NCBI GenBank assembly: GCA_963754655.1
Contig: CAVWGN010000001.1
Coordinates: forward strand, 2,080,001 to 2,144,000
Direction of reading: 5' to 3'
Source: an uncultured Chlamydiae bacterium
GTDB lineage: Bacteria > Chlamydiota > Chlamydiia > Chlamydiales > Parachlamydiaceae
DNA: 64,000 bases
Part shown: positions 53,639-63,282 of the stretch, in pieces
Position numbering within the stretch: position 1 is the stretch's first letter
Layout of the letters: each line of letters opens with the position of its first letter
Position numbers and translations under genes: made by a program
Notes under the pieces: model-generated
The model's input: the letters and a program-made list of their open reading frames with translations, nothing else
Told to the model about the DNA's origin: nothing
The model's database searches: none

Positions 53639-53944
53639 GTCGTTGCTCCTATCATGTCTATCATCACATTGTCATTACACTTTAAAGTGTATCGATCTTT
53701 CGGTTTATGCCCCTTCTGGCTTTAAGAAGGTTTAATTAAAATGGAAAATTCAAAATGGGGAGAAAAGATGATGCACCCTAAGGTGCGGAACGGGAAGACT
53801 GACCGGAAGAAAGCAAGAAATCTTTAAAAATCATAGCTTTACAATTAATTACTTTTAATAAATCTATGATATCGCATCAATCCTAATGTTTCAATGAAAA
53901 TTGACTTTCAATTATGATTTTTATCCATCTGGTCGAGTTAACCA

Positions 53945-54946
53945 TTGAGGATGCGTGAGTTTATGATGATAAATTCTTTGGAATTTTCTACCACACTTAA
54001 CTTTCATTTTCTCAACACACAATCCCCTCAAATGAGGAGAAAAACAAGTTACACGTGGGTCATTTCCGCTCTTTCTTATTTTGATGAACTTCTTATTTCT
54101 TGGAATGCAGCTCGCCCTTTGCAAGGCCATTATGTGATTTTAAGCCGTGTCTTGATTCAGGATCAATGGTCGCCTTGGCTCTTGTATGCTGTATGGGGGG
54201 CGCAATGCCAATATAGCTTTCATGACACAACTTCAAAAGCACCTGTTCATTCTTTTCAAGATCAAATAGAATTGTTAGATGAACAAGTTGCAACAGGTTT
54301 TTGCATTCGAATTGAAGCTTGTGCCGGTGCTACACTAGAAAACTTTTATACCCTATACGCTTGTACTTCTAGAATCAAAGCTCCTAAACCAACTTGGGCT
54401 TCCCCTTCATGCTCTTTTCATCCTTTATCCGTCCCCAAAATTTCCCAGCTTTGTTTAAACCATCCTCGTTCTCATAGCTTCTGCTCTCCTACATCCACAA
54501 CAGCTGTTGTTCAATACCTTCATTCTCACCAGCACTTGAGCCCGTTGCAATTTGCAAAACAAGTCTACGATGCAAGCTTTGATATTTATGGCAATTGGCC
54601 CTTCAACACTGCTCAGGCTTTTGTCGAATTGGGTCCTCAATGGCAATGCTTTTGCGCCCGTATGGCAAAAATAGAATGGCTTTGGCAAAGTCTGCAACAC
54701 GGATTGCCCGTTGTGATTAGCATCAAAGGGACGTTGCCTGGTAGTCTTCTTCCCTATTCCAACGGTCATTTAATGGTTATTAAAGGATATGATGCAACGT
54801 CTCAACAATTCTTGTGTATGGATCCTGCTTTTGCCTCAGATGAACAAACAGAGATAGCTTATCCTTGGCATACACTGATGCACGCCTGGGAAAAACGGCA
54901 CTATTTGGCTTATTTTTTTGCCAAAAGTTTAACGAAGTCAATCTGA
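53945..54946 (+). CDS. Peptidase C39-like family protein
   Basis: CSPTSTTAV, YGNWPFN and GHLMVIKG...DPA motifs. Start uncertain. Confidence 0.75.
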   Translation: MRMREFMMINSLEFSTTLNFHFLNTQSPQMRRKTSYTWVISALSYFDELLISWNAARPLQGHYVILSRVLIQDQWSPWLLYAVWGAQCQYSFHDTTSKAPVHSFQDQIELLDEQVATGFCIRIEACAGATLENFYTLYACTSRIKAPKPTWASPSCSFHPLSVPKISQLCLNHPRSHSFCSPTSTTAVVQYLHSHQHLSPLQFAKQVYDASFDIYGNWPFNTAQAFVELGPQWQCFCARMAKIEWLWQSLQHGLPVVISIKGTLPGSLLPYSNGHLMVIKGYDATSQQFLCMDPAFASDEQTEIAYPWHTLMHAWEKRHYLAYFFAKSLTKSI

Positions 54947-54965
54947 TACAGATCAGTATTATTTT

Positions 54966-56648
54966 TTATAAAGGATAACTGTGTCTTTTCCGTGTGACTT
55001 CAACTACAGTTCTATTAAATGCTTTACTAATTTCTTCATCTTCACAAACAACAATGATGCCCATTTTCTTTAAAATATTTTCCTCTTCCAAATTTTTTGC
55101 ATGCGCAATGATTGTAATGTCTGGATGAACCTCATGTGCATATCGAATAATATCAAGAGTTGTTGCAAGATCAGAGCCAGTCAGGATTAAAAGACTAGCT
55201 GAGGTAATTTGAGCCATTTCTAGCATATTGGGAAAAGCAGCCTCGCCATAAACCGCTTCGCGCTTTTGTTCAATCAATTTTGCAACTGTATCCACATTGC
55301 GATCTATAATAACAGAACGGTACCCTAATTTTTCTAAAGTATTCACAACGCTTTGTCCAATGATTTCAAAGCCAACAATTAAAGCTTTAAGTTCGCGTTG
55401 AGACACTTGTTTTAAGTGTTGCTGTGTGAATAAAAGGTTTGATTCTAATCCCTCCAATTGAGGCTTTAAATAGTTCAGAATTTTAAAAAACAAAGGATTC
55501 ACTGCAATGGAAATCAATGCACACGCTACAATGATATCATAAGCCTCATCAGGGAAAATATGAAATTTAGCAGCTTCTTCTGCTAAGATAAAAGAAAACT
55601 CTCCAATTTGAGCAAGAGCTAAGGCCACACTTAAGGCAACTGAAACAGGATAACGCATTAAGACTACAATTAAAAAAGCTGTTAAAGGTTTGACTACAAG
55701 AATAATGATCAAAATGCCTAAGAAAAGAGGAAAATGTTCAATAATGGCCATTGGATTAAAAAGCATGCCAACGGAAAGAAAAAAAATGACAACAAAAGCA
55801 TCTTTCATAGGAGAGGCATAAGCAGAGGCTTGATGGCGCACATCAGTTTGCCCGATCACCATTCCTGCGATGAAAGCGCCTAAAGCAATGGAAGTACCAA
55901 ATACAACAGCTGATCCTGTAGCTATTAAAAAAGTCAGGGCCAAAACAGTTAAAGTAAATAGCTCAGGAGAACGCGTGCGTGCTATTTTAAAAAGCGCATA
56001 AGAGACAAATTTATGCCCCAAAGTAAACATAATGGCAGCCAGCACAATAAACTTAACCACAACAAGAGCCATAGAAGTTAAAATTTCTTGCATCGAAATA
56101 GTGGCTCCAGTCAAAAGAGCAACAATAGTAGGAAGCAAAATAAGCACTGCAACAGTTAGAATATCTTCGACTATCAACCATCCTACCGCAATATATCCTT
56201 GCAAAGTCTCTAAAAGATTGTGATCAGCAAGAACTCGGACCAATACGACAGTACTGGCAACACCTATTGCCAAACCAATCAAAACACCTGCTTCCCATCC
56301 ACCCCACATGTAATGAACAAATAAGGTTGCAGCAGCTGTGGCAACTAACGTTTGTATAATTGCTCCTGGAATGGCGATATTTTTAACATTGACTAAATCT
56401 TGCCATTTAAAATGAAGACCGACCCCAAACATCATTAACATGACGCCTACTTCTGCCAGTTGCTCTGCAAGCTGAAGATTCGCAACGTATCCCGGAAAGT
56501 AGGGCCCAATAACATAACCCGCCAACAAGTACCCCAAAATAGGGGAGAGTTTTATCTGCTGGGTCAAATATCCTAAAAGACTAGCTAAAGTAAAGCCTAT
56601 CGTCAAAATAATAACGATATTGAGATTGAGATTAATCGACTCTTCCAT
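54966..56648 (-). CDS. CPA2 cation:proton antiporter with TrkA-N domain (YbaL/RosB-like)
   Basis: GYLLAGYVIGP, LMFGVGLHF and LAQIGEFSFILA motifs, C-terminal RCK domain. Confidence 0.92.
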   Translation of the reverse strand: MEESINLNLNIVIILTIGFTLASLLGYLTQQIKLSPILGYLLAGYVIGPYFPGYVANLQLAEQLAEVGVMLMMFGVGLHFKWQDLVNVKNIAIPGAIIQTLVATAAATLFVHYMWGGWEAGVLIGLAIGVASTVVLVRVLADHNLLETLQGYIAVGWLIVEDILTVAVLILLPTIVALLTGATISMQEILTSMALVVVKFIVLAAIMFTLGHKFVSYALFKIARTRSPELFTLTVLALTFLIATGSAVVFGTSIALGAFIAGMVIGQTDVRHQASAYASPMKDAFVVIFFLSVGMLFNPMAIIEHFPLFLGILIIILVVKPLTAFLIVVLMRYPVSVALSVALALAQIGEFSFILAEEAAKFHIFPDEAYDIIVACALISIAVNPLFFKILNYLKPQLEGLESNLLFTQQHLKQVSQRELKALIVGFEIIGQSVVNTLEKLGYRSVIIDRNVDTVAKLIEQKREAVYGEAAFPNMLEMAQITSASLLILTGSDLATTLDIIRYAHEVHPDITIIAHAKNLEEENILKKMGIIVVCEDEEISKAFNRTVVEVTRKRHSYPL

Positions 56649-56966
56649 AGAATATCCTTTGAGCCTCAAATAAGTGATTGGATAGCGATGACAAAATTTA
56701 ATTTTAATATAGGCAATATTCTTTTATCTGGAAATAGACTAAAATCCAATCTTAATCAGGTTTTTAAATAGAGGAATCTTGGAATAACAGTCTGTTTTTG
56801 ATTCCTAACAATTTACGAAAATATCGTTTTTTATTAAAATTACCCTTTCTAAAATATTCCCTAACATCCTAAAGAAATGATGAAAATACGATTGAAACCT
56901 TTTTTATTAGAACAAATATTAACTGTAATTTTTTATTTATCATCCATCCAATTAGAGGCAAATACA

Positions 56967-58004
56967 ATGTTATGGAAAGGCTTTGCTAGCGATAACTATG
57001 CGGGTGTTCATCCCACAATTTTAAAAGCTATTCAAGAAGCTAATCAAGGTCATAGCAGAGCCTATGGAGATGATACATATACCAAAGAAGCTGTCGCTTT
57101 ATTTAAACGCTATTTTGGCGATGACATTGATGTTTATTTTGTTTGCAATGGAACAGCAGCCAACGTCCTTGGTTTGACTACATTGCTTAAATCCTACCAA
57201 GCTATCATTTGCGCAGAATCAGCCCATATCAACGTGGACGAGTGCGGTGCTCCTGAAAAATACATCGGCTGTAAACTGTTGACGGTCGCTACAAAGGATG
57301 GAAAATTGACCATCGAAAATATTAAAAGTTTTTTAAATGCTTATGGAGATCAACATAAAGTTCAACCGAAAATCATCTCAATTGCCCAAAGCACGGAATT
57401 AGCCACTATTTATACACCTCAAGAGATCAAAAAAATCAGTGATTTTGCCCATGCCAATGGGCTTTTAGTGCATATGGATGGAGCCCGTTTGAGTAATGCT
57501 GTAGCCAGTTTAAATGTCTCTTTATCTGCAGTGACAAAAGATGTAGGAATTGATGTATTGAGCTTTGGTGGGACTAAAGATGGAATGATGTTCGGTGATG
57601 CGGTGATTTTCTTTAATAAAGATTTTTCAAAAGATTTTCCTTATATTCGCAAACAAGGGATGCAGCTGATTTCTAAGATGCGCTTTATTTCAGCGCAGTT
57701 TATCGCTCTTTTAACCGATAATCTTTGGCTTAAAAATGCGCAACATGCAAATGAAATGGCACAGTTTCTGGCAGAAGAGATTAAAAAAATCCCCGAAATC
57801 ACCATCAGCAAAAATGTTCAAGCTAATGCTGTATTTGCTTATGTCGATCCCACAATTATTTCCAAATTACAAGAAAAATACTTTTTTTATGTTTGGGATG
57901 AAGCGACTTCAGAAGTACGTTGGATGACCTCTTGGGATACAACTAAGGAGGATATTCAAAATTTTGTAACCTTCATCAGGCAAACATTAGCAAATCGGGT
58001 TTAA
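56967..58004 (+). CDS. ltaE: Low-specificity L-threonine aldolase
   Basis: FASDNY, GTAAN, HMDGARL and SFGGTK motifs. Confidence 0.9.
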   Translation: MLWKGFASDNYAGVHPTILKAIQEANQGHSRAYGDDTYTKEAVALFKRYFGDDIDVYFVCNGTAANVLGLTTLLKSYQAIICAESAHINVDECGAPEKYIGCKLLTVATKDGKLTIENIKSFLNAYGDQHKVQPKIISIAQSTELATIYTPQEIKKISDFAHANGLLVHMDGARLSNAVASLNVSLSAVTKDVGIDVLSFGGTKDGMMFGDAVIFFNKDFSKDFPYIRKQGMQLISKMRFISAQFIALLTDNLWLKNAQHANEMAQFLAEEIKKIPEITISKNVQANAVFAYVDPTIISKLQEKYFFYVWDEATSEVRWMTSWDTTKEDIQNFVTFIRQTLANRV

Positions 58005-58039
58005 TCTTGCTTAAATGATTGGAGCGGATCAACTCTTAT

Positions 58040-58087
58040 AAATGATAAAGAACACTTCCCTTGCGGGAAAGTGTCCAGGGATGTGCC
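58040..58087 (+). repeat. 48-bp direct repeat of the recombinase-tail/tRNA-Leu 3' junction (att-like)
   Basis: 44/48 identical to 63144-63191. Confidence 0.75.
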
Positions 58088-58429
58088 ATCCCAGAATAGC
58101 TTTAGCACTTTAAAGACTTTGATTAGAGCTTAATCAATTCGAATATGTTGGCCTAGTACTCAACCACATTAGTTTTGTGTATTTAGACTGCTTCAAAGCC
58201 CCGGGGTTGAATTGGCGTAAGTGGGTCAATATTAGCAATATTGACCCACTTACGTCAATTCAACCCCGGGGTTAGGGTGTTCATTTTGTGCAAAAAATGA
58301 GCTTTATTTTTCACAATAATTGGCATAGTTAAATTGAAAGTCGCATGTTTATGCCGTCCTTTCAGGACTCGATGTCTTTTTGATAGAACCCAGGCCTCCG
58401 CTTCGCTGCGACCTGGGCTGTAACATGAC

Positions 58430-58838
58430 GGCCCTTCAGGCCTTAACAAAAAGATGATTTAGGGACTATAGAAGAGGGACTTAAACATCTCTTGTTAAGC
58501 CTGAAGGGCCGGCCCTTTAAGCCTTAACAAAAGGACTATTTATGGACTATAGAAGAGGGACTTAAATCTCTTTTGTTAAGGCCTGAAGGGCCGGCCCTTT
58601 AAGCCTTAACAAAAGGACTATTTATGGACTATAGAAGAGGGACTTAAATCTCTTTTGTTAAGGCCTGAAGGGCCGGCCCTTTAAGCCTTAACAAAAGGAC
58701 TATTTATGGACTATAGAAGAGGGACTTAAACATCTCTTGTTAAGGCCTGAAGGGCCGGCCCTTTAAGCCTTAACAAAAGGACTATTTATGGACTATAGAA
58801 GAGGGACTTAAATCTCTTTTGTTAAGGCCTGAAGGGCC
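58430..58838. repeat. Five tandem ~82-bp hairpin units (amplified centre of element A)
   Basis: ggactatagaag recurs at 58463, 58544, 58626, 58708 and 58790. Confidence 0.95.
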
Positions 58839-58948
58839 GTCATGTGGTCCGATCTAGGGACATGGGTAACACTTTATCTAAGGACATAGGTGACATTATC
58901 CAAGGACATGGGTAACACTCCGGTTGATTAACAACTGGAGGTAAACCC

Positions 58949-60103
58949 ATGCCTTGGAGGATTATGTCGACTACAGAGGAACGTAAAAAATTCATAGATC
59001 AAGCTTTACGCACTGATCGCCGCCATGTAGCTTTTGCAGATTTATGTGAAAGTTACAATATTAGTACTAAAACAGGATATAAATGGTTAAATAGATTTAA
59101 AAAAAACGGAGAAAAGGGCCTTGAAGACCTTTCTCGGGCTCCCTTTTCCCACCCTAATCAAATTTCAAAAGAAGTTGAATTAGCAACTGTCAGTATTCGC
59201 AAGCAATTTCCTAACTGGGGCCCTAAAAAAATACGAGCCGAGCTTGTAAATCACTATCGTGAATTATTAGTGCCTTCTGAAGCCAGTATCGGTAATATTT
59301 TAAAGAGAAATAATTTGTCCAATCAACGAATCCACAGGAGACATGTTACTCAAACAGCTCCATTGGGCGATTGCAACGCTTCAAATGATACCTGGATGTA
59401 TGATTTTAAAGGGTGGTTTCGAACAGGTGATAATCAAATATGCGAACCTTTAACAGTTACAGATGGCTTTTCTCGCTATCTTCTTCATTGTCAACATATG
59501 CCAAGGAAACGGGGATGTGATGTTTGGAAGGAATTAGAACAACTTTTTTATGTGTACGGATTACCAAAGAAATTGCGAAGTGATAATGGTCCCCCTTTTG
59601 CTTCTTTGGCTGTAGGTCGATTATCTAGCATTGCAATTAAATTAATCAAAATTGGCGTTACTCCAGAATGGATCGATCCTGGATGTCCTGAACAAAACGG
59701 TAGGCATGAGAGGTTTCATTTAACTCTAAAAAATGAGACAGCAAATCCCCCAGCCTTGACGTTATCTCTTCAACAGGAAAAATTTCTTCAATTCAAAAAA
59801 TATTACAATAACAGACGTTACCACGAAGCATTAGGCCAGCAAACACCAGCTTCCGTGTATAAACCTTCTCGACCTATTTGGGATGGTAAATTCAAACCCA
59901 TTGAATACCCCAGTTACTATGAAGTCAGAAAAGTTTGCGCAGGAGGATTGATTTCTTGGAAGGGCACCTATTTCTTCATTAGTGAAATGCTACGAGGGGA
60001 ATATGTAGGACTCAGAGAAATTGAAGTAGGGATAATGGGGATTTATTTCGGCCCAATTCTCCTAGGAAAAATTAACATGGCCAGAGGGTTTAAGAGATTA
60101 TGA
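58949..60103 (+). CDS. IS481-family DDE transposase
   Basis: MPW start, HTH (ISTKTGYKWLNRF), WMYDFKG, RSDNGPPF, QNGRHERFH and YNNRRYHEAL motifs. Confidence 0.95.
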   Translation: MPWRIMSTTEERKKFIDQALRTDRRHVAFADLCESYNISTKTGYKWLNRFKKNGEKGLEDLSRAPFSHPNQISKEVELATVSIRKQFPNWGPKKIRAELVNHYRELLVPSEASIGNILKRNNLSNQRIHRRHVTQTAPLGDCNASNDTWMYDFKGWFRTGDNQICEPLTVTDGFSRYLLHCQHMPRKRGCDVWKELEQLFYVYGLPKKLRSDNGPPFASLAVGRLSSIAIKLIKIGVTPEWIDPGCPEQNGRHERFHLTLKNETANPPALTLSLQQEKFLQFKKYYNNRRYHEALGQQTPASVYKPSRPIWDGKFKPIEYPSYYEVRKVCAGGLISWKGTYFFISEMLRGEYVGLREIEVGIMGIYFGPILLGKINMARGFKRL

Positions 60104-60547
60104 AGGAAAACACAAATTTTCTACCAAAAAGTTTAAACTTACAGATGAGCAAATTAGGATATACGTATGGTTGAAAGAGCAAGAAATAAATACAGATGAT
60201 GGAACTCTTTGCTATTGGGTAAAAACATACCCTTCAAAAAGGCTAAAAGAAGTTGTTGAGTTTGCAAATGTAAGAATGACTTCAGGGCAGAAAATCCTGA
60301 ATACTGGGGGATTTATTCGTAATCTCCTTCAAAATGGAAGTACAGTTGTTAACGATACATGTCAATTCAATCGAGAATATGCATTAGAATTGCTATGACA
60401 AAAAAGTGGAGTGATTTGAAAATTTACGAAAAATATGTTAAGGACAGTGTAACAGGAGATGACCTCCCTTTAACTATAGTAATAAGTGAGTTTAAGCTGG
60501 CTCTTGAAAGGCTGTACCAAAAAAGTTGTCTTTATAGATGGGCCTAA
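60102..60547 (+). pseudogene. Start-less, frameshifted passenger gene fragment inside the IS
   Basis: Frame EGKHKFSTKKFKLTDEQIRIYVWLKEQEINTDDGTLCYW...ALEL continues in another frame as AMTKKWSDLK...RWA*. Confidence 0.55.
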
Positions 60548-61171
60548 AAAGGACATTGCCTTATTATATAAGTGTTTTATTTTAATTAAAACCGTTACCC
60601 ATGTGCTTAGATAGAGTTACCTATGTCCTTGGATAATGTGTTACCTATGTGCTTGATCGGACAATGTTACAGCCCAGGTCGCAGCGAAGCGGAGGCCTGG
60701 GTTCTATCAAAAAGACATCGAGTCCTGAAAGGACGGCATAAACATGCGACCTTCTATTCAACTATGCCAATTATTGTGAAAAATAAAGCTCATTTTTTGC
60801 ACAAAATGAACACCCTAGATCAGGGCCGGGACTTAACAAAGAACTGTTTTTGGGCTTGATATTCGTCGAGTCAATTTAACAATACCCCGCCTGTAACAGG
60901 CTTTAGAGGCATATTTCCCGAAAATGACGCGAAAAATATCAAGTCCAAAACAGTTCTTTGTCAAGTCCCGGACCAAGGCAACACCCTGGGTATAAGTGTG
61001 TTGTGTTATGCAGCCTGAAGGGCTGCATGTGTCAAATATTTTAGTAAAACACCCGTTATGAGTTAGAAAAAATATATAGCGGAGTGGTTATAATTGCGTG
61101 TATTATCATTTATATCACTTTTTGGTAATGTTTTTCAGACACGCCCTAGCATAGTACGAATCTTTTATCTC

Positions 61172-61525
61172 TTACTTATCTGATAAACCTTTAGAGTCAT
61201 AAAAAAGCTCAATCTTTGCAATAAGCCCATCTTGAAAACTCAAAAGAGAAGCTGCCTGAAATTTTTTAGGAAGGCCGGGAATTTCTACTTCATAGACAAT
61301 CATCGCTTGATCTTCTGAACCAAATTTTGCATGAATTGTTAGAGATTTAAAAATACCTGTAAATCCTTCCGCTGCTTTAAGGACTGCTTCTCTGCCAATG
61401 ACTTTTTCTTGTGGATCGGTAAATTGAATATCAGGATGCAAATATTTTTTCACCGCTTCCATGTTTTTCTCTCCAAGAGCTGTATAATAAGCTACTCCTA
61501 TAGCCTGTGTATCCGTCTTCATCAT
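61172..61525 (-). CDS. SnoaL/NTF2-like protein
   Basis: YYTAL...LHPDIQF.DP....GREAV...FQDGLIAKIE. Confidence 0.85.
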   Translation of the reverse strand: MMKTDTQAIGVAYYTALGEKNMEAVKKYLHPDIQFTDPQEKVIGREAVLKAAEGFTGIFKSLTIHAKFGSEDQAMIVYEVEIPGLPKKFQAASLLSFQDGLIAKIELFYDSKGLSDK

Positions 61526-61567
61526 TTCTCCTTTTGAATTTTTGACAAACATAATTGATTATATTAA

Positions 61568-61599
61568 ACTATATTCATTATATCAATATTAAATATAGT
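61568..61599. promoter_or_regulatory. Candidate TetR operator
   Basis: IR actatatt-N16-aatatagt between the divergent SnoaL and tetR genes. Confidence 0.4.
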
Positions 61600-61613
61600 A
61601 ACCTATATCCAAT

Positions 61614-62255
61614 ATGTCAGAAGGCAAAAAAAGACCTTACAAGTCAGTAGCTAGAAACACACAAGCAGCTCGAACAAGAGCTCGTATTCTCGACTCTGCA
61701 AAAAATCTTTTTGAAACAGAAGGATTCGAATATGTGACGATTGAAAAAATTGCCCAAGCGGCAAACGTTGCCATTCCCACCATTTATTCGCTCTTTCAAT
61801 CTAAGCTTGGGGTGCTTCGAGCTTTAATGGATGAGGCTCTTCCTTCAGATCAATTCAATACTCTTGTAGAAAAGAGCATAGATGAGAAATCACCTAAAGA
61901 ACGCCTCAGTATTTCTGCTAAAATCGCTCGTCAGATGTACGATGCAGAGAGCGCAAGAATAAGTATTTTTCGAGGTGCTGCTGTCTTAGCACCTGAGTTC
62001 AGAGAGCTCGAAAAAGAAAGAGAAATGCGTCGTTACACACGACAGGGTGTGACTATAAAAGCAATGGTGAAGGAGAAATCCCTTATAGAGGGTCTTAGCG
62101 CAGCCAAAGCACGGGATATTCTCTGGGCTTTGACTGGCCGTGATATGTATCGTATGTTTGTCGTAGAGCAGGGATGGACATCAGATGAGTATGAAAAATG
62201 GTTAACTCAGCTGCTCATAATTACTTTGATAGGTGATAAAAAAGAATTGAAATAG
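61614..62255 (+). CDS. TetR/AcrR-family transcriptional regulator
   Basis: TRARILDSAKNLF...GFEYVTIEKIAQAANVAIPTIYSLFQSK. Confidence 0.93.
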   Translation: MSEGKKRPYKSVARNTQAARTRARILDSAKNLFETEGFEYVTIEKIAQAANVAIPTIYSLFQSKLGVLRALMDEALPSDQFNTLVEKSIDEKSPKERLSISAKIARQMYDAESARISIFRGAAVLAPEFRELEKEREMRRYTRQGVTIKAMVKEKSLIEGLSAAKARDILWALTGRDMYRMFVVEQGWTSDEYEKWLTQLLIITLIGDKKELK

Positions 62256-62287
62256 ATCTTTATCCAGTTATTTTTACCACATGCGCC

Positions 62288-62327
62288 TTGACATCCTCCT
62301 CCACATTTATGCGGAGGAGGATGTCAA
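62288..62327. terminator. Hairpin between convergent genes
   Basis: ttgacatcctcctcc...ggaggaggatgtcaa. Confidence 0.65.
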
Positions 62328-62334
62328 CTAGGAA

Positions 62335-62787
62335 TTATTGAAACCGATTAAAGAAGCTTAGAGCAAAAGAGTTAACCTGTCTTGCATTTGCCGCTACGGG
62401 TGTATTTTGATAAAGATTGAGGTGGCTTACTCTTCTCGTGCCTATAATGTTTTGCCGAATAACAAATAAAATGCCTGCAACATCTTCTTCGGCATCAACA
62501 GGTTGATGATCTGGAACAGCTAGAATTTCTTGAGGCGACATTTCAGGGAGACGAGCTTCAGGAGTATCGACTCTAACTACCGTTCTGCAAAGAGGACAAG
62601 TATGTCTTTGTACTAGCCATGAACCAATACATTCTCTATGGAATATATGACTACAATCTAAAGTTCTTGGTTTTTCTCCTTCGCAAGGAGCTTGATCTTC
62701 TGCAACTATTTTTTCTAAGCAGATTGTGCAATTAGTGTCTACCACGGATGAAACACCCGGTGATTTTAGGTTAGGATCCCAGCTCAT
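62335..62787 (-). CDS. Eukaryote-like RING-H2 finger protein (putative E3 ligase effector)
   Basis: CTICLE...C-S-H-IF-H-RE-C-IGSWL....CPLCR, the C3H2C3 pattern. Confidence 0.88.
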   Translation of the reverse strand: MSWDPNLKSPGVSSVVDTNCTICLEKIVAEDQAPCEGEKPRTLDCSHIFHRECIGSWLVQRHTCPLCRTVVRVDTPEARLPEMSPQEILAVPDHQPVDAEEDVAGILFVIRQNIIGTRRVSHLNLYQNTPVAANARQVNSFALSFFNRFQ

Positions 62788-63041
62788 ATTACCTCTTATG
62801 ATTTAATGAATTTTATATTAAAAACGCAATTAATTTGCTTATTAAAAATATTTTAACACACTTTTTTTTAATATTCAATAATATTATTACTCATTTTGTT
62901 AGCCATTAAGCAAAGAGATGTTTATAAAAATCAACGAAAACGGTGTGGCCTTGCTCTCCTTTAGAGAGACCTTATAAAGAGGCGGATTAGAAAAAATTGG
63001 GTCGAATGTCTATGTCGGTAGAATTTTCATAAAATCTATGG

Positions 63042-63187
63042 ATTTCTGAAGTGGATGAAAAACGGCAACTCTTAAATTTTATATTTCAGAACTTGGAGTT
63101 AAAAGATAAAAAGCTCTCCATAACACACTACCTCAGCCCTTTAAAATGATAAAGGACACTTCCCTTGCGGAAAAGTGTCCTAGGATG

Positions 63188-63199
<12 letters not shown>
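63042..63199 (+). pseudogene. Second large serine recombinase C-terminal remnant
   Basis: SEVDEKRQLLNFIFQNLELKDKKLSIT / LPQPFKMIKDTSLAEKCPRMCPG*, homologous to 41724-41966. Ends inside the tRNA-Leu 3' end. Confidence 0.7.
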
Positions 63200-63269
<70 letters not shown>

Positions 63270-63282
63270 AGAAAACATGTAC

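Larger units (their letters stand above)
58846..60663 (+). mobile_element. IS481-family insertion sequence (1818 bp) with 4-bp target duplication ATGT
   Basis: Ends (g)gtccgatc...gatcggaca. Three GACAT(G/A)GGT(A/G)AC subterminal repeats at the left end and three inverted variants at the right. Interrupts gtcATGTtacagccc of element A. Confidence 0.9.
58152..61055. repeat. Composite fold-back cluster: outer module, 73-bp palindrome, element A (split by IS), IR 60827-60971 and D right arm
   Basis: 58152-58200 matches 30690-30737. Palindrome at 58199-58271. A arms 58273-~58449 and 60664-60817. 60979-61055 resembles 41427-41503. Confidence 0.88.

Noticed and set aside
53639..53830. Glycine riboswitch upstream of the alanine/glycine symporter
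   Set aside because: The conserved GGAGA / CCGAAG / CTC(T)CAGG elements were not found in the right arrangement.
4099..57927. Numerous 60-120 aa ORFs overlapping housekeeping genes (e.g. 5038, 6560, 9115, 19178, 20065, 52632)
   Set aside because: Alternative-frame or antisense shadows of well-supported genes, with no recognisable motifs.
58430..58838. CRISPR array or guide-RNA (TIGR-like) array
   Set aside because: The units are near-identical along their whole length with no unique spacers. No cas or Nop-domain gene is present in the window.
41736..63187. One 21-kb genomic island between the two tRNAs
   Set aside because: The tRNAs are different and in opposite orientation, with no shared att repeat. 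The middle holds ordinary genes (nfi, dsbB, alanine symporter). Two separate small remnants fit better.
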